Source: Bradymonadia bacterium (GTDB taxonomy: Bacteria > Myxococcota_A > Bradymonadia > UBA7976 > UBA1532). Taken from it: a DNA stretch of 64,000 nucleotides. A program made the position numbers and the translations under genes. The stretch lies in assembly GCA_046290225.1 (NCBI GenBank), contig JBKAGE010000081.1, forward strand, positions 45,412-109,411, given 5' to 3'. How positions within the stretch are numbered: the first letter of the stretch is position 1; every line of letters begins with the position of its first letter. The notes under the pieces are model-generated. The model was not told the origin of the DNA and did no database searches. It saw nothing but the letters and a program-made list of their open reading frames with translations. Below are positions 19,440 through 30,817 of the stretch, in pieces.

Positions 19440-20195
19440 TCAGGTCGTCTCCGATGACTTCGAGGTCTCGGTTTCGGCAGGTAACGTGGCTGCTGCAGTG
19501 GTCTCCTCAGCGGCGCCCTCGGCAGCTGCTGCCGCCTTGGCTTTGCGGTTGCGGATGATCTTGCGGGCCACGAAGAACACGATCAGTAGACCCAGGATCG
19601 AGAAGAACCAGATCTTAAATTCTTTGATGTTCTCGAGCACGACCTCGCCGTAGAGGGCCACGAGCACCACCTGAGTGGGGACCGAGATGAGGGCTGCGGT
19701 GCCATCGACGGCGAGGAACTTCCACAACGGCACTCCGAGCATGCCGCAGCTCATGTGACCAGGGAAGCGCACACCGGGGGTGAACCGGAACAGACCCGGG
19801 GTCCAGTGGCCATATTTGTCGAACCAGCCCTGCACCTTGTCGAAGCGGGCTTGCCCGATGTGTCTGTCGAAGAATTTGCTCGCCAGGAGCTTCTTGCCGA
19901 AGAACCGCCCCAATAAATAGATGAGCACATCGCTGAGCAGCACCGCGAGGAAGGCGACGATGGCCAGGGTGGTCAGATCGACGCTCTCGGCCCCAGGGGG
20001 AGGCGGATGAGCAGGATCAGGGTTCATCCCGAGGTAGGCCACCAGCCCCACGCTCACCAGGGTGACCTCTTCGGGCACGGGCAGCCCGAAGCTGCTGGCG
20101 GTCATGAGCCCGATCAAGATCAGGTAGACCTTCATGGGCTGATAGGCGAGGCCCTGGAAGAAGGCCATCAAGGCATCGGGATCGAAGATGTCCAT
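19440..20195 (-). CDS. dedA: DedA family membrane protein
   Basis: GLPVPEEVTL, DVLIYLLGR.FG, RFTPGVR, GMLGVPLWKF. Confidence 0.9.
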   Translation of the reverse strand: MDIFDPDALMAFFQGLAYQPMKVYLILIGLMTASSFGLPVPEEVTLVSVGLVAYLGMNPDPAHPPPPGAESVDLTTLAIVAFLAVLLSDVLIYLLGRFFGKKLLASKFFDRHIGQARFDKVQGWFDKYGHWTPGLFRFTPGVRFPGHMSCGMLGVPLWKFLAVDGTAALISVPTQVVLVALYGEVVLENIKEFKIWFFSILGLLIVFFVARKIIRNRKAKAAAAAEGAAEETTAAATLPAETETSKSSETT

Positions 20196-20284
20196 TCAGC
20201 GCTCCGGATCGTCCGCAGGACTGAGGACTTATGCCTTATTTGAGGGGCTGATGTCGAGTGGAGTGGGTGGGGGGAGAGAGTTTC

Positions 20285-20314
20285 GGGCACGGGCACGGGC
20301 ACGGGCACGGGCAC
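20285..20314 (+). repeat. Tandem hexamer (GGGCAC)x5
   Basis: Five perfect copies read directly, about 90 nt upstream of the dedA start. Confidence 0.95.
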
Positions 20315-20560
20315 GATGTTTTCGTATGTGTCTCAGGGCCTTGTGCCGGAGAAGGGCGGGCTGTTCAGACACGCGTCGCACAGCGCAAACCTGTGGGCCC
20401 ATGCCCCACCATCGAGACATGCGAACAAGACCATCAATCGGTAGAAGCTGACCTTCCGCTGTTGTCGTTGCGGGGCTCACGCGCCTTCGCGCAGATAGAC
20501 AAAGCAGGAGTCGTAGCCGGAGGTGATGAGCATTCAGCCCCCACCAAGCTGGAGCAAAAG

Positions 20561-20810
20561 TATGCACATGCCCTGCGGAGGTAGACGGCAGCCAGAAGCC
20601 CCAAAGAGCCCTCACAAAGCCATAACCCACCTATGCACGTGCCCCGCGGAGGCGCGGAGGTGGCGGCAGTCGTCGTGAGGTCGGTGAGGTCTCGCTCAGC
20701 TGCGGGCTTTCACCCGCAGGCGCAGCAGAGCTGCGTCGAGGACGGAAAGGTCGTAGCTGGGCGGGAGATCGCCGGCGTCACGGCGGCTGACGCCGCCGCA
20801 GCGCCGGAGC
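20561..20810 (+). repeat. Structured intergenic repeat, copy C (partly duplicated 5' module)
   Basis: Aligns by eye with 6286-6571 and 48286-48481; ends GCGCCGGAGC, 3 nt from the TAG at 20814-20816. Confidence 0.9.
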
Positions 20811-20813
20811 TGA

Positions 20814-23800
20814 CTAGCGCAACCAGAGAGTCTGCCAGTCGTGGTAGTTGCCCGAGCCGTTGTAGCCTTCGAGGTAACCCTGGCCGTTGTAGTTGGAGTG
20901 GGGCACCACCTGCATCCACCAGCAGTTGACGCTGTCGTTGCTGTCGGGATCACTGGTGTAGCTGCGACCCTGGTACTTGTGGTGCAGACCGTTGAAGCCG
21001 CCACACGTCGTGGACTCCTGGCCAGCGATGTAGGTGTAATCCGAGCCGTCAGTGGTCTCAGTGAAGGGATCGTGGCACTGCTCCCAGACGGTGTAGTGCT
21101 CCCGGGGATCGTTGTCCCACTGGTTGCTGTTGCCCACCTGGAATCGGTAGGTGTAGCAGCCGGCATCAGCGAAGTGCGAGCGGTGCTGCAGGATGGAGTA
21201 GTTGTCGGCCAGAGGATCGTTGGCGCTGTAGTCGTACCAGTTGTTGTTGTTGAAGAAGAAGGCCCAGTCCGCACCCTCCATCCGGGTCCAGCCGCCACCG
21301 TCAGTGGTCATGTCGCAGTACGCCTGGAAGGGGGTGTTGGCGCCGTCACCGTCGGGGTCGATCCAGTACACACCGTCGGTGTTCACACCCTGCTGGAGCA
21401 GGTCGTTGCAGGTCAGGCCAGCGCGATCAGCGGAGTTTCCGTCGACGCAGTTGCCCACCATGCTGCTCGAGGGCGCCATGTCGGCGTTGACGTTGGAGCA
21501 CTCGCCGATGGTGACCTGGCCACAGACCTGAGTCTCACACACGGCCACACCGATTTCGATGCCCTGACGGATGGTGGTGCCCTGACCAATGGTGGTCTCG
21601 GGGAAGATGGTCACGTCGTCTTCGATGGTGACCTCATGGCCCACATCAGCGGTGTCGCGGATGAGAACGTTCGCGCCGATGTTGACGTCGTCACCAAAGG
21701 TGCTTCGGGGCCACAGGCGGCTGTTGTTGCCGAGGGTGAAGCGGTTCCCCGTGGTGACCTGCTCGTCGATGATGGTGTCGGTGCCGACGGTGGCGTCGTC
21801 ACCGATGGCGGCGCGGAAGAGCACCGTGCTGCGGGCGCCGATGGTGCCGTCGACACCGAGGGTGACGCCGTCGTAGACGGCAGAGTCATCACCGACATCG
21901 CAGCGGGCGCCGAGAGAGACGAAGATGCCGGTGGTGACACGATCCCCGAAGGTGCAGTTGTCGGCGAGACTGCTCTGGTTACCCACGAAGCAATCCTCGC
22001 CGAGGGTCACGCCATTGCCCAGGGCGCCACGCACCTCGGAGTTGGCACCCACGACGGCGTTCTCACCGAGCTCGGCGCCGGAAGCGAGGGTGGTGCCGGC
22101 GCCGAGATGGGCGTTGCGGCCCACCACAGCGTAGTCACCAATGGTCACACCGTTGCCAAAGTCGGCCTCGGCTTCGATGGTGGCGTTCGACTCGACCCGC
22201 ACAGTGCTGCCGAAGACAAAGTCGTCACCGACGCGAGTGTTCGACTCCAGGGCACAATTGGTCCCCGTGGAGCCGTTCGAACCCATCTTGGCGTTGTTCC
22301 CGAGGACACAGCCGGCACCGAGCTGGGTGTTGGCACCCACGCCCGAAATTTCACCGATTTGCACGCCGTCGGGAATCACTGCCCCAGCGCCGATTTCGCC
22401 CTGAGTGCCGATGCTCACGCCAGCACCGATGCTGGCCCCGTCACCAATGCGAGCGATGACGCCAATCGTGGTGTTGGCACCGATGCCCACGTTCTCACCG
22501 ACCTGCACACCATTGGCGAGGTCAGCACCAGCGCCGATGACAGAGCCCGCGCCGAGGGCCACACCGCTGCCGACGTTGCCCATGACGGTGGCGCCGTCAC
22601 CCACGTGGGTGAAAGAGCCAATGACGGCGTTCTCACCGATGACGAGGTCGTTGCCGAGGGTGGCCGTGGGGTCAATGTCGGCGTTCACGCTCACGCACGC
22701 ATCACCGAAGCCGTCTCCGTTGTTGTCGGTCTGATCTGCATTCGCGACGGTGATGCAGTTGTCTACATCTTGGCAGATGCCGTCGCCGTCAGCGTCGTTC
22801 GTTGCGTCGTTCGCGCACACGTCACAGGCATCGCCGAGGCCATCGCCATCCGTGTCCGCCTGGTTCTCGTTGGCCACGAGGAGGCAGTTGTCCTCCTCTT
22901 CGCAGACACCATCACCGTCGGCATCCTCACACTTGGGGTTGTCCGACAGCGCGGTCACGGTGCCTACAGAGCCGAGGTTGACGTAGGGCAGGTTGTCGCC
23001 CATCTCGTTGGCGGCATCACCGGCGTGGTTACCCGCATTGCCCTGGCCGAGCTGACCGTGGCCGTTGTAGCCCCAGCACTTCACCCCGCCGTTGTCCAGC
23101 AGCGCGCAGATGCCGTAGTACCCCATGTTGAGGTCGCGCACCGTACGACCAGTGCCGAGATCGATGGGGGTCAGGTTGTTGCCCATCTCGTTGGCGTTGT
23201 CGCCAAGGTTCGCAGTGTGACCCTTGCCGAGCTGTCCGTAGACGTTATAGCCCCAGCACTTGAGATCGCCGTTTTCGAGCTGAGCGCAGGTGGTGTAGAC
23301 GTCGGCCCACAGGTTGATGGCCCGGTGAGCGTCGCCATTGCCGTCGGTGCCCAGGTCTACATAGGGGGCGTTGGCCACCGACTCCGAGGCGTTGCGTCCG
23401 CGGTAGGCCGTGTCACCGTAACCGTGGTTGCCGAAGGGGTTGTAGCCCCAGCACTTGATCCGGCCGTTGTCCAACAGCGCACACACGCTCGCCCAGCCCG
23501 TGGCCACCTGAGTGGCGGTGTGGGCTTGACCCTGACCGTCGTTGCCGAGGTTGATGGGTGGAAGGTTGTCCCCCATCTCGTTGGCGTTGTCGCCACGATG
23601 GGCGGTGTCGTTCTGGCCGAGCTCACCATGACCGTTGTAGCCCCAGCACTTCACATCCCCGTTGTCGAGGACCGCGCAGCTCTGATGGTAGCCCGTGTCG
23701 ACGGCGATGGCAGTGTAGGGATCGCCGTCAGGAGAGGTGCCAAGGTTGATGATGGGCAGGTTGTCGCCCATCTCGTTGGCCGCATCACCAGGGTAGTTGC

Positions 23801-24350
23801 GATGCCCCTGGCCGGACTCGCCGTGGTTGTTGTAGCCCCAGCACTTCACCCCACCATCATCGAGGATGGCGCAGGCGTGGTAAGTGCCCATGGCCACGTC
23901 CACCGCGCGGTAGGGATCGCCGTCAGGCGAGGTGCCCATGTCGGTGTACTGCAGGCTGTCGCCCATCTCTCCGGCATTGTCACCGCGCTGGGTGTTGTTG
24001 CCGTGGCCGAGCTGAGCGTGGGCGTTGTAGCCCCAGCACTTGATGCCGCCATCATCGAGGATGGCGCAGGTGCTGATGTAGCCGGTGTTCACCTGCACCG
24101 CCGTGCGGCCAGTGCCCAGGTTCACGAAGGGCAGGTTGTCGCCCATCTCGTTGGCGGCGTCACCACGATAGTTGGTGTCGCCATACCCAAGAGAGCCGTG
24201 GTGGTTGTAGCCCCAGCACTTCACCTGGCCGCTGTCGAAGAGCGCACAGTGGTGATAGTCGTGGCTTGCTTGAGCCGAAGAGAGGCCGAGCAGGGTGAAG
24301 GCACCTGCCCCCAGCAACCGCGCTGCCACCTTGAAGTTCCGAGAGGCCAT
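20814..24350 (-). CDS. Secreted protein: 7 RCC1 repeats, TSP3 repeats, long hexapeptide left-handed beta-helix, fibrinogen-like C-terminal domain (paralogue 1, 1178 aa)
   Basis: GGAGG RBS; signal peptide ending AQA; seven KCWGYN repeats; DADGDG..DNC..N.DQ.D.DGDG.GDAC; (I/V/L)Gxxxx hexapeptides; [12 protein letters not shown]. Confidence 0.85.
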   Translation of the reverse strand: MASRNFKVAARLLGAGAFTLLGLSSAQASHDYHHCALFDSGQVKCWGYNHHGSLGYGDTNYRGDAANEMGDNLPFVNLGTGRTAVQVNTGYISTCAILDDGGIKCWGYNAHAQLGHGNNTQRGDNAGEMGDSLQYTDMGTSPDGDPYRAVDVAMGTYHACAILDDGGVKCWGYNNHGESGQGHRNYPGDAANEMGDNLPIINLGTSPDGDPYTAIAVDTGYHQSCAVLDNGDVKCWGYNGHGELGQNDTAHRGDNANEMGDNLPPINLGNDGQGQAHTATQVATGWASVCALLDNGRIKCWGYNPFGNHGYGDTAYRGRNASESVANAPYVDLGTDGNGDAHRAINLWADVYTTCAQLENGDLKCWGYNVYGQLGKGHTANLGDNANEMGNNLTPIDLGTGRTVRDLNMGYYGICALLDNGGVKCWGYNGHGQLGQGNAGNHAGDAANEMGDNLPYVNLGSVGTVTALSDNPKCEDADGDGVCEEEDNCLLVANENQADTDGDGLGDACDVCANDATNDADGDGICQDVDNCITVANADQTDNNGDGFGDACVSVNADIDPTATLGNDLVIGENAVIGSFTHVGDGATVMGNVGSGVALGAGSVIGAGADLANGVQVGENVGIGANTTIGVIARIGDGASIGAGVSIGTQGEIGAGAVIPDGVQIGEISGVGANTQLGAGCVLGNNAKMGSNGSTGTNCALESNTRVGDDFVFGSTVRVESNATIEAEADFGNGVTIGDYAVVGRNAHLGAGTTLASGAELGENAVVGANSEVRGALGNGVTLGEDCFVGNQSSLADNCTFGDRVTTGIFVSLGARCDVGDDSAVYDGVTLGVDGTIGARSTVLFRAAIGDDATVGTDTIIDEQVTTGNRFTLGNNSRLWPRSTFGDDVNIGANVLIRDTADVGHEVTIEDDVTIFPETTIGQGTTIRQGIEIGVAVCETQVCGQVTIGECSNVNADMAPSSSMVGNCVDGNSADRAGLTCNDLLQQGVNTDGVYWIDPDGDGANTPFQAYCDMTTDGGGWTRMEGADWAFFFNNNNWYDYSANDPLADNYSILQHRSHFADAGCYTYRFQVGNSNQWDNDPREHYTVWEQCHDPFTETTDGSDYTYIAGQESTTCGGFNGLHHKYQGRSYTSDPDSNDSVNCWWMQVVPHSNYNGQGYLEGYNGSGNYHDWQTLWLR

Positions 24351-24519
24351 CCAGCCCTCCTCCCATGTGTGAGCATAGAGACTACGTAAACAGATGTAGG
24401 AGTCTATCGCCTGGGAAGGTCTGATGACTACACAAAAGATGCAACAGCATCGCCCCGCAGAGACGGATTGGGCATGGCCCAGTGCCTCAGGGGGCCACAC
24501 TGTGAGTTGAGTGTAGCCC

Positions 24520-27500
24520 TCAGCGAAGCCAGAGCGTGTTGAGTGACTGGCCCGTGGGGTAATAGCCCTGGCCCAGACTGCAGGGATGAGCTCCGCTGAT
24601 GTTGTAGGCATCGAGTACGTGCAGCAGGAGCCAGCCGCCGTTCACTCCGCAGGTGTGATCGCCCACGCCCTGAGCGTCGCAGCTCATGCGAGCTTCGGGT
24701 ACAGGCACCATCATGTCACCCGTGACCTGGCCGTAGTCCGTGGCGCACTGCTGAGTGGCGGCGTTGGAGCGCCAGTAGTGGAAGTTGCGCTCGATGAGGG
24801 CGCCGGTGTCGTGGATGAAGAGCCGAGTGGCCCCGGTGCCCACGCGGAAGAGGTGTGAAGACTCCACTCGCAGCGCGTTGATGATGGCGGTGCTCAGCTG
24901 CCCCGCAGGCTGGCCTGGGGCGAGATAGCCCAGGGTGCTGGTCCACCACGAGCCGTTGCCGATCATGGTCCAGCCGCCACCATCGGTGGTCATGTCGCAG
25001 TAGACGGTATGGATGCCCTGGGCGCCGAGGTCGACCTCGTAATCACCGCTGCCCACATCACCCTCGTAAGCGTATCCCCACGCAGGGTGGCGATAGCCGT
25101 CACAACTCGAAGCCCTGCGACCATCTGCCCAGATGCGGCTGCCGTCGACCCATGCGATGCCCACAGTGCAGGTGCCCTGTTGAGTAGCGTAGGGCTCGAG
25201 ATCTTCGGAGACGGTCTGACAGTCACCGATGGTGACGTCGCCACAGCCGACGCGATCACACTGCCCGGCGCCAAGCTCGACGCCGGCCTCGATGAGCGAG
25301 TCGAAGCCGATGATGGTGTTGGGCCAGACCACCACACCGTCTTCCAGGGTGGTGCCGTCGCCGACCCGGGCATCGCTCTGAAGCAACACGCCATCGCCGA
25401 TGGTGACTCTGTCTCCGAGTACGCCTCGAGGCCAGAGTCGGCTGGTGGTGCCGACTGCGAGATCATCACCGGCGATGATCGACTCGTCGATCAGGCTGTC
25501 GGCGCCGATGCTGCTACGGGCACCGATGACAGTGCGGAACAAAACCGTGGTGCGGTGCCCCACGAAGCCGTCTGCGCCGAGCTGCACCCCATCGTAGAGC
25601 GCAACGTCGCTCTGGAGCGTGTTGCCCGAGGCCAGGCTGACGAAGATGCCCAAGGACACATTGTCGCCCAGGGCGCAATCGTCGCCCACAGCGCTCTGGT
25701 TCCCGATGAAGACACGATCACTCAGCTCGACCCGGTCGCCCAGAGCGCCGCGGACCTCGCATGACTCGCCAAGGCTGACGTCATTGCCGAGAGTGGCGCC
25801 CTCAGCGACATGGCTGCTGGCCCCCACGATGACCCCGTCACCCATGGTCACATAGCTGGCGAGGGTGGTATCGACGCCGAGGGTCACCTGATGCCCCAGT
25901 TGGCCATTGGGGCCGATGGCGCTGCCTGCAGAGAGGGTGAGATCGTCACCGAGGACGCAGTTGGCCCCAATGGTGCTGCCGGAGGCGAGGTGCGCCCCGG
26001 ACCCGACGATGCTGTTGTCTGCCACGACGGCTGCTGTCTCGAGGATGCTGCCTGATCCCACAGTGCTGAGCTGGCCCACACTGCTGGCTGCGCCGAGGGA
26101 GACATCGTCACCGAGGGTGCTGCTGCTGCCCACGCTGGCCCCATCGCCGAGGGTGACTCGATCGCCGAGCTGGGCAAGTACGCCAACGACACACCCGGCG
26201 CCGAGGCCACTGGCACTGCCGACGCGGGCGTTGTCGCCGATGACGCAGCCAGCGCCGATGGTGCTGTTGGCACCGACGATGACGCCCTCACCGAGGATCC
26301 CATTGATGGTGGAGCCATGGCCCACCGTGACATAGGGCCCGATGACCGCCTCAGCGCTGAGGGTGACGTCATCGCCCAGAGCAGCGGTGGGATCGATCTC
26401 CGCGTCGGGGCTCACACAATCATCACCGTAACCGTCGCCGTTGTTGTCGGTCTGGTTCGGGTTCGAGACCCCTGGGCAGTTGTCGACGTTCTGGCAGATG
26501 CCATCGCCGTCGGGATCCTGCTCGGCATCGAAGGGGCAGAGATCGCAAGCATCCCCGATGCCGTCGCCGTCTGCATCAGATTGATCAGCGTTGGCGAGGG
26601 TGGGGCAGTTGTCGTTGTCGCAGACGCCGTCCTGGTCCGAGTCGTCGCACTTGGGCCGATCAGCAAGAGCGCTCACAGCCCCTGCGAAGCCAGTGTCAAC
26701 AGCAGCCAGCCCGGGGCCGACCTCACCAGGGGCATCACCACGGTTGGCGGTGTCACCGAGGCCGAGCTGGCCAGAGTTGTTCCAACCCCAGCACTTCACC
26801 GTACCCAGGGCACCCTCGAGGCGTGCGCACTGGCTGTTGACGCCCATGGACAGCGTACGCACAGGGGCGCCGAGATCGAGGAAGGGCAAGGCATTGCCCA
26901 TCTCGCCAGGGTCGTCGCCCCGGCTGGCGGTGTCGCCGAGGCCGAGCTGGCCATAGTTGTTGTAACCCCAGCACTTCACGCGGTGATCTCGAAGTTGCAC
27001 GCACACGTTGTAGACGTCTGCCCAAATATGAAGTGCCCCCAGCGGGGTGCCATTGTCGTTGCCCAGATCGGTGGTGGGCAGAGCATCGCCCATCTCGCCA
27101 GGGTCGTCGCCCCGGTTGACGGCATCGCCGAGGCCGAGCACCCCATGAGGGTTGCCCCCCCAACACTTCACTGTTTTGTCTTGCAGGCGTGCGCAGGTGA
27201 AGCCCCACCCAATGGCGACTTCGCCCGCAGAGGCGCCAGTGCCCAAGTCGATGCTGGAGAGGTTGTCGCCCATCTCGCCAGGGCCATCACCAAGCGTCTG
27301 GGTGTGACCCTGTCCGAGACCACCATAGGCGTTGCCGCCCCAGCACTTGAGCGCCCCTGTGTTCAAGATCGCGCAGGTCTGCTCACCGCCAGCGTCGAGG
27401 GCCGAGACCAGGCCACCCAGGTCGATGACAGGGAGGGCGTCGCCCATTTCTCCTGGGGCATCACCAAGTGAAAAGGTGTGTCCCTGGCCGAGCTGTCCTG

Positions 27501-28068
27501 CACGGTTGTCGCCCCAACACTTCATCTGACCATCATGCAGTCGAGCACAGGTGTGCCAGGTACCAGCGACGATGTCTGTTGCGGCGTAGGGAATGCCCTC
27601 GGCCGTGGTGCCGAGATCGACAAAGGGCAAGTTGTCGCCCATCTCTCCGGCGGCGTCCCCCCGAGAGGCCACGTCACCGAGGCCGAGCTGGCCATGTGTG
27701 TTGTCGCCCCAGCACTTCACCTGACCTTGAGTGAGCAGCGCGCAGGTGTGTCTGTACCCTGTGCTCACCTGGGTGGCCACCTGGCCGCCGCCGAGATCCA
27801 CGGCAGAGAGGGTGGCCCCCATCTCACCTGGTGCGTCACCGATGGAGAGCGTGCTGCCTTGAGCTGCGCCGGCGCTACGGCCGAGCTGGCCATGGCTGTT
27901 GTCGCCCCAGCACTTCACCTCGCCGCCATCGGAGAGGGCGCAATGGTGGTAGTTGTGGACCGCCCACGCGTCGGCGCTGAGCAACAGCGTAAAACACGCC
28001 GTCCACAACATTGGCCATCTGCTGATCGCCGACCCCCAGGACAGTGGGGTGGGGCGTTGAGCAGGCAT
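24520..28068 (-). CDS. Secreted protein with the same RCC1-TSP3-beta-helix-fibrinogen-like architecture (paralogue 2, 1182 aa)
   Basis: GGAGG RBS; signal peptide ending AWA; seven KCWGxN repeats; TSP3 repeats; hexapeptide array; [12 protein letters not shown]. Confidence 0.85.
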   Translation of the reverse strand: MPAQRPTPLSWGSAISRWPMLWTACFTLLLSADAWAVHNYHHCALSDGGEVKCWGDNSHGQLGRSAGAAQGSTLSIGDAPGEMGATLSAVDLGGGQVATQVSTGYRHTCALLTQGQVKCWGDNTHGQLGLGDVASRGDAAGEMGDNLPFVDLGTTAEGIPYAATDIVAGTWHTCARLHDGQMKCWGDNRAGQLGQGHTFSLGDAPGEMGDALPVIDLGGLVSALDAGGEQTCAILNTGALKCWGGNAYGGLGQGHTQTLGDGPGEMGDNLSSIDLGTGASAGEVAIGWGFTCARLQDKTVKCWGGNPHGVLGLGDAVNRGDDPGEMGDALPTTDLGNDNGTPLGALHIWADVYNVCVQLRDHRVKCWGYNNYGQLGLGDTASRGDDPGEMGNALPFLDLGAPVRTLSMGVNSQCARLEGALGTVKCWGWNNSGQLGLGDTANRGDAPGEVGPGLAAVDTGFAGAVSALADRPKCDDSDQDGVCDNDNCPTLANADQSDADGDGIGDACDLCPFDAEQDPDGDGICQNVDNCPGVSNPNQTDNNGDGYGDDCVSPDAEIDPTAALGDDVTLSAEAVIGPYVTVGHGSTINGILGEGVIVGANSTIGAGCVIGDNARVGSASGLGAGCVVGVLAQLGDRVTLGDGASVGSSSTLGDDVSLGAASSVGQLSTVGSGSILETAAVVADNSIVGSGAHLASGSTIGANCVLGDDLTLSAGSAIGPNGQLGHQVTLGVDTTLASYVTMGDGVIVGASSHVAEGATLGNDVSLGESCEVRGALGDRVELSDRVFIGNQSAVGDDCALGDNVSLGIFVSLASGNTLQSDVALYDGVQLGADGFVGHRTTVLFRTVIGARSSIGADSLIDESIIAGDDLAVGTTSRLWPRGVLGDRVTIGDGVLLQSDARVGDGTTLEDGVVVWPNTIIGFDSLIEAGVELGAGQCDRVGCGDVTIGDCQTVSEDLEPYATQQGTCTVGIAWVDGSRIWADGRRASSCDGYRHPAWGYAYEGDVGSGDYEVDLGAQGIHTVYCDMTTDGGGWTMIGNGSWWTSTLGYLAPGQPAGQLSTAIINALRVESSHLFRVGTGATRLFIHDTGALIERNFHYWRSNAATQQCATDYGQVTGDMMVPVPEARMSCDAQGVGDHTCGVNGGWLLLHVLDAYNISGAHPCSLGQGYYPTGQSLNTLWLR

Positions 28069-28261
28069 GCGGTCCCTCCGAGAGACTCGCCGACATCGGA
28101 TGCTCGTAAAAGTCGATGTCAGGCAGTCACGAGAGTCTAGCGGGGATGGGGGGGCTGTGACTACACGAAAACACGATGTGGGTGCTGTAGGGGAGTGTAA
28201 CTGACTTACATGCATTACCCTGACCGCGTTGACAGACGATGAGGGCGCGAGTGAGGCACAC

Positions 28262-29500
28262 ATGAAGCGACTGTGGTTGTGCACCATGGTGTTTTGGGCC
28301 TGCGATGGGGCTCTGGACGCTGATCTGGGCGATGACGGCATCGGCGCCTTCGAGAGAGATGCTGGACCTGCGGGGGGTGAGGGCAGGGATGCTCGAATCC
28401 CCACGGACATCCAAGAGCCCGGAGGTCGCGATTCTGGCGTCGAAGGGGCTGAAGACGCCGAAGTAGGCGAGGGCCCTGATGCAGAGCCACTGCGCGACCG
28501 GGACGCTCAAGTGCTCCAGCCGCTCGAAGATGCGTCGATCGATGCGCCAGATCTCGACGCACAAGTCGAAGAGGGCGTCCGCGATGCGGCCCCACGAGCC
28601 GACGCCTTCATACCGGAGGACAACTGGGGCCCGTGTGCCGTTCGAGGGGTGCCTGGAGAGTGCCTGCACGTGGATGACTGTTTCGCACCAGCGCGCTCGA
28701 CGCCTGGCCTCTGCCCGGGGCCCGCTGAGATCCAGTGCTGTGCCGAGGTGCCCGAAGAGCCACCCGTCGATCAGCCCCCGGTTCAAGATTGTGATCCCGA
28801 CGATATGCCCACCCCCCACGAGGGTCTGCGCTCAGCCCCTGGAGAGGGGCCGTGCCCTGAGGGGATGGCGTGGATTCGACCCGACAACGCTGCCGACTAC
28901 TGTATGGATCGCTACGAAGGCGCCCTCATGGAGGTCTTCGGGGATGGATCCGAGTCGCCGTGGTCCCCCTACCACAACCCGGGCAATCGGCGCGTACGGG
29001 CGGTCTCCATCGAAGGGGCCGTGCCCCAGGGGTACATCGACGGGGTGCAAGCGCAGCGGGCCTGTGAAGAAGCCGGAAAGCGGCTGTGCTCCGATCAGGA
29101 GTGGCTGCGGGCGTGTCAGGGGGCTGAAGGGCTGCGCTATCCCTATGGCGCCGAGCGGGTGGACGGCCTGTGCAACGACGCTCGGGCCCAGCACCCGGCA
29201 GTTCAGTTGTTCCCCAACGATCCCAACCCCTTCGCCCGCATACAGCATGCGTGTATCAACCAGCTGCCCGAGGGGCTGGCGCCCTCAGGGGATCACGGGG
29301 CGTGTGTTACCGAGGAGGGGGTGTACGATCTCATGGGCAACCTGCACGAGTGGACCTCTGATCCCACCGGCACGTTTCGAGGAGGCTTCTATGTGGACAC
29401 AGTGCGGAACGGCCCGGGTTGCCTGTACCGCACCACGGCCCACAACCGGCTGCACTGGGATTACTCCACCGGCTTCCGCTGCTGCGCCGACGGCGAATGA
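28262..29500 (+). CDS. Lipoprotein with FGE-sulfatase (SUMF1) domain
   Basis: Lipobox FWAC; acidic linker; [37 protein letters not shown] and terminal GFRCC. Confidence 0.85.
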   Translation: MKRLWLCTMVFWACDGALDADLGDDGIGAFERDAGPAGGEGRDARIPTDIQEPGGRDSGVEGAEDAEVGEGPDAEPLRDRDAQVLQPLEDASIDAPDLDAQVEEGVRDAAPRADAFIPEDNWGPCAVRGVPGECLHVDDCFAPARSTPGLCPGPAEIQCCAEVPEEPPVDQPPVQDCDPDDMPTPHEGLRSAPGEGPCPEGMAWIRPDNAADYCMDRYEGALMEVFGDGSESPWSPYHNPGNRRVRAVSIEGAVPQGYIDGVQAQRACEEAGKRLCSDQEWLRACQGAEGLRYPYGAERVDGLCNDARAQHPAVQLFPNDPNPFARIQHACINQLPEGLAPSGDHGACVTEEGVYDLMGNLHEWTSDPTGTFRGGFYVDTVRNGPGCLYRTTAHNRLHWDYSTGFRCCADGE

Positions 29501-29501
29501 C

Positions 29502-30221
29502 TCACGCGGCCTCGATGGCCTTCGGGGCGGGCTTGAGCCATGCGAAGGCTTGCTCGGTGATGGCCCGGGCATCTGGCCCCGTGAGGGGCTCACCGTGGCT
29601 CATGATCACCTGTGAGTAGGGCCACTCCAGCCAGCGAGAGACGCTCTCGCGGGCGGCGGCCTTGTCTTTGACGGTGAACTTCAACAGTCGAGGCACGGCG
29701 GTCTTGCGCAACACACCCTCGAGCTTGAAGACGATCTTGCTGAGGAAACCGTCGACGCGGTGGATGTTCATCAACACGTCGGTGAACAAGATCGCGCCGC
29801 TTTTGCGGTGAAAGAAGACGTGCTCGTTGAAGAGCGGAGCGCCGGCGAAGAGACGATGCTCAATCTCTCCAGGCCAGAGCTGGGTCGCGTCGTCCAGCAC
29901 CCCGTCGAACTTCAGGTCTTTGCGCTTCTTTTGCAGCCCGTCGGCGATCCAGACCTTGGCGTCGGGGTATCGGGCCTGCACATCGCTCACGTACACATGG
30001 TGGTAGGTGTTGGGCGCGATGAGATGGGCCACAGGGCCGAGCTCGGCCATAGCCTGAGCGAGCGTGTCGTCGATGGGCACGGGGGAATGTAGGACGAGGC
30101 TGCCATCAGCGAGCCGCATCACCACCATACGGCCTCGGGTATCGAGGCCCAGCCACTTGTGGGGGTTGTTGACGATCCAGAGGTCTTCGCCCATGGGGAC
30201 GAGCGTGCGATCAGGGGTCAT
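29502..30221 (-). CDS. DUF4336 family protein (metallo-beta-lactamase-like fold)
   Basis: RMVVMRLADGSLVLHSPV, LIAPNTYHH, E.VFFHRKSG..LFTD, VIMSHG. Start placed at the ATG after GGAG. Confidence 0.8.
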   Translation of the reverse strand: MTPDRTLVPMGEDLWIVNNPHKWLGLDTRGRMVVMRLADGSLVLHSPVPIDDTLAQAMAELGPVAHLIAPNTYHHVYVSDVQARYPDAKVWIADGLQKKRKDLKFDGVLDDATQLWPGEIEHRLFAGAPLFNEHVFFHRKSGAILFTDVLMNIHRVDGFLSKIVFKLEGVLRKTAVPRLLKFTVKDKAAARESVSRWLEWPYSQVIMSHGEPLTGPDARAITEQAFAWLKPAPKAIEAA

Positions 30222-30246
30222 GGGGTGCTCCGCTTGAATGATTTTG

Positions 30247-30306
30247 GTCAAGCTTCTTGTCTAACTGGATGGCGTCCCTTGACGAGATTGTCAAGCTGCT
30301 TTTCTA
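30247..30306. promoter_or_regulatory. Putative MarR operator pair in a divergent promoter
   Basis: Two imperfect palindromes, GTCAAG-CTT-CTTGTC-TA (30247) and GTCAAG-CTG-CTTTTC-TA (30290), plus perfect CTTGAC-N6-GTCAAG (30278-30295) overlapping a TTGACG -35-like hexamer. Confidence 0.6.
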
Positions 30307-30337
30307 TTGGGGAAGCGAAACTTTCGAAAAGCCCTTC

Positions 30338-30817
30338 ATGAGCGACGAACACGAGTATTTCTCCGAGCACCTCGAGTCGGCCAAAGGCGACAACATGGGG
30401 CACCTCCTCATCAAGGCCGCGCGGCTGTTCAACGAGCACTCGCTGGGCCGGCTCCAGGCCTCGGTGACCCCCTACGCCGGGGTGCGTATGGCCCACTTGT
30501 CCCTGATGCCCCACCTCGATCTCGAAGGCACCCGCATCACCGAGCTCGCCCGGCGGGTGGGGGTGAGCAAGCAGGCGGTGGGGCAACTCGTCGACGACAT
30601 GCAGCGCATGGGGCTGGTGCGCCGCGAGCGGGATCCGGATGATGGCCGCGCCCGCCGGGTGGTCTTCACCGAGAAAGGTCAGGCGGGCATGTTGCAGGGG
30701 CTGTCCATCCTCGACGCCGTGGGCGCCGAGGTGACCCACGTGCTCGGTGAGGCCGAGACTGGCCCGTTCCTCGACGCCCTGCGACGCATCATTGATCACT
30801 TCGAAGAGAGCCCATGA
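30338..30817 (+). CDS. MarR family transcriptional regulator
   Basis: RITELARRVGVSKQAVGQLVDDM...GLVRRERDPDDGRARRVVFTEKG winged helix-turn-helix. Confidence 0.92.
   Translation: MSDEHEYFSEHLESAKGDNMGHLLIKAARLFNEHSLGRLQASVTPYAGVRMAHLSLMPHLDLEGTRITELARRVGVSKQAVGQLVDDMQRMGLVRRERDPDDGRARRVVFTEKGQAGMLQGLSILDAVGAEVTHVLGEAETGPFLDALRRIIDHFEESP

Noticed and set aside
20633..20929. Small recurring ORFs beginning MHVPRGGAEV
   Set aside because: Translations of the DNA repeat; frame and stops are not conserved between copies.
20841..24389. 1182-aa + strand ORF
   Set aside because: Codon-aligned antisense shadow of the RCC1/beta-helix gene; Val/Ala/Gly-rich with no motifs.
24351..24611. ORF-track N-terminal extensions of the fibre genes (also 28069-28410)
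   Set aside because: RBS plus signal peptide support starts at 24350 and 28068; the extensions overlap neighbouring genes.
28262..29500. Diversity-generating retroelement targeting the FGE-sulfatase or fibrinogen-like tips
   Set aside because: No reverse transcriptase and no template repeat differing only at adenines seen in the window; a remote DGR cannot be excluded.
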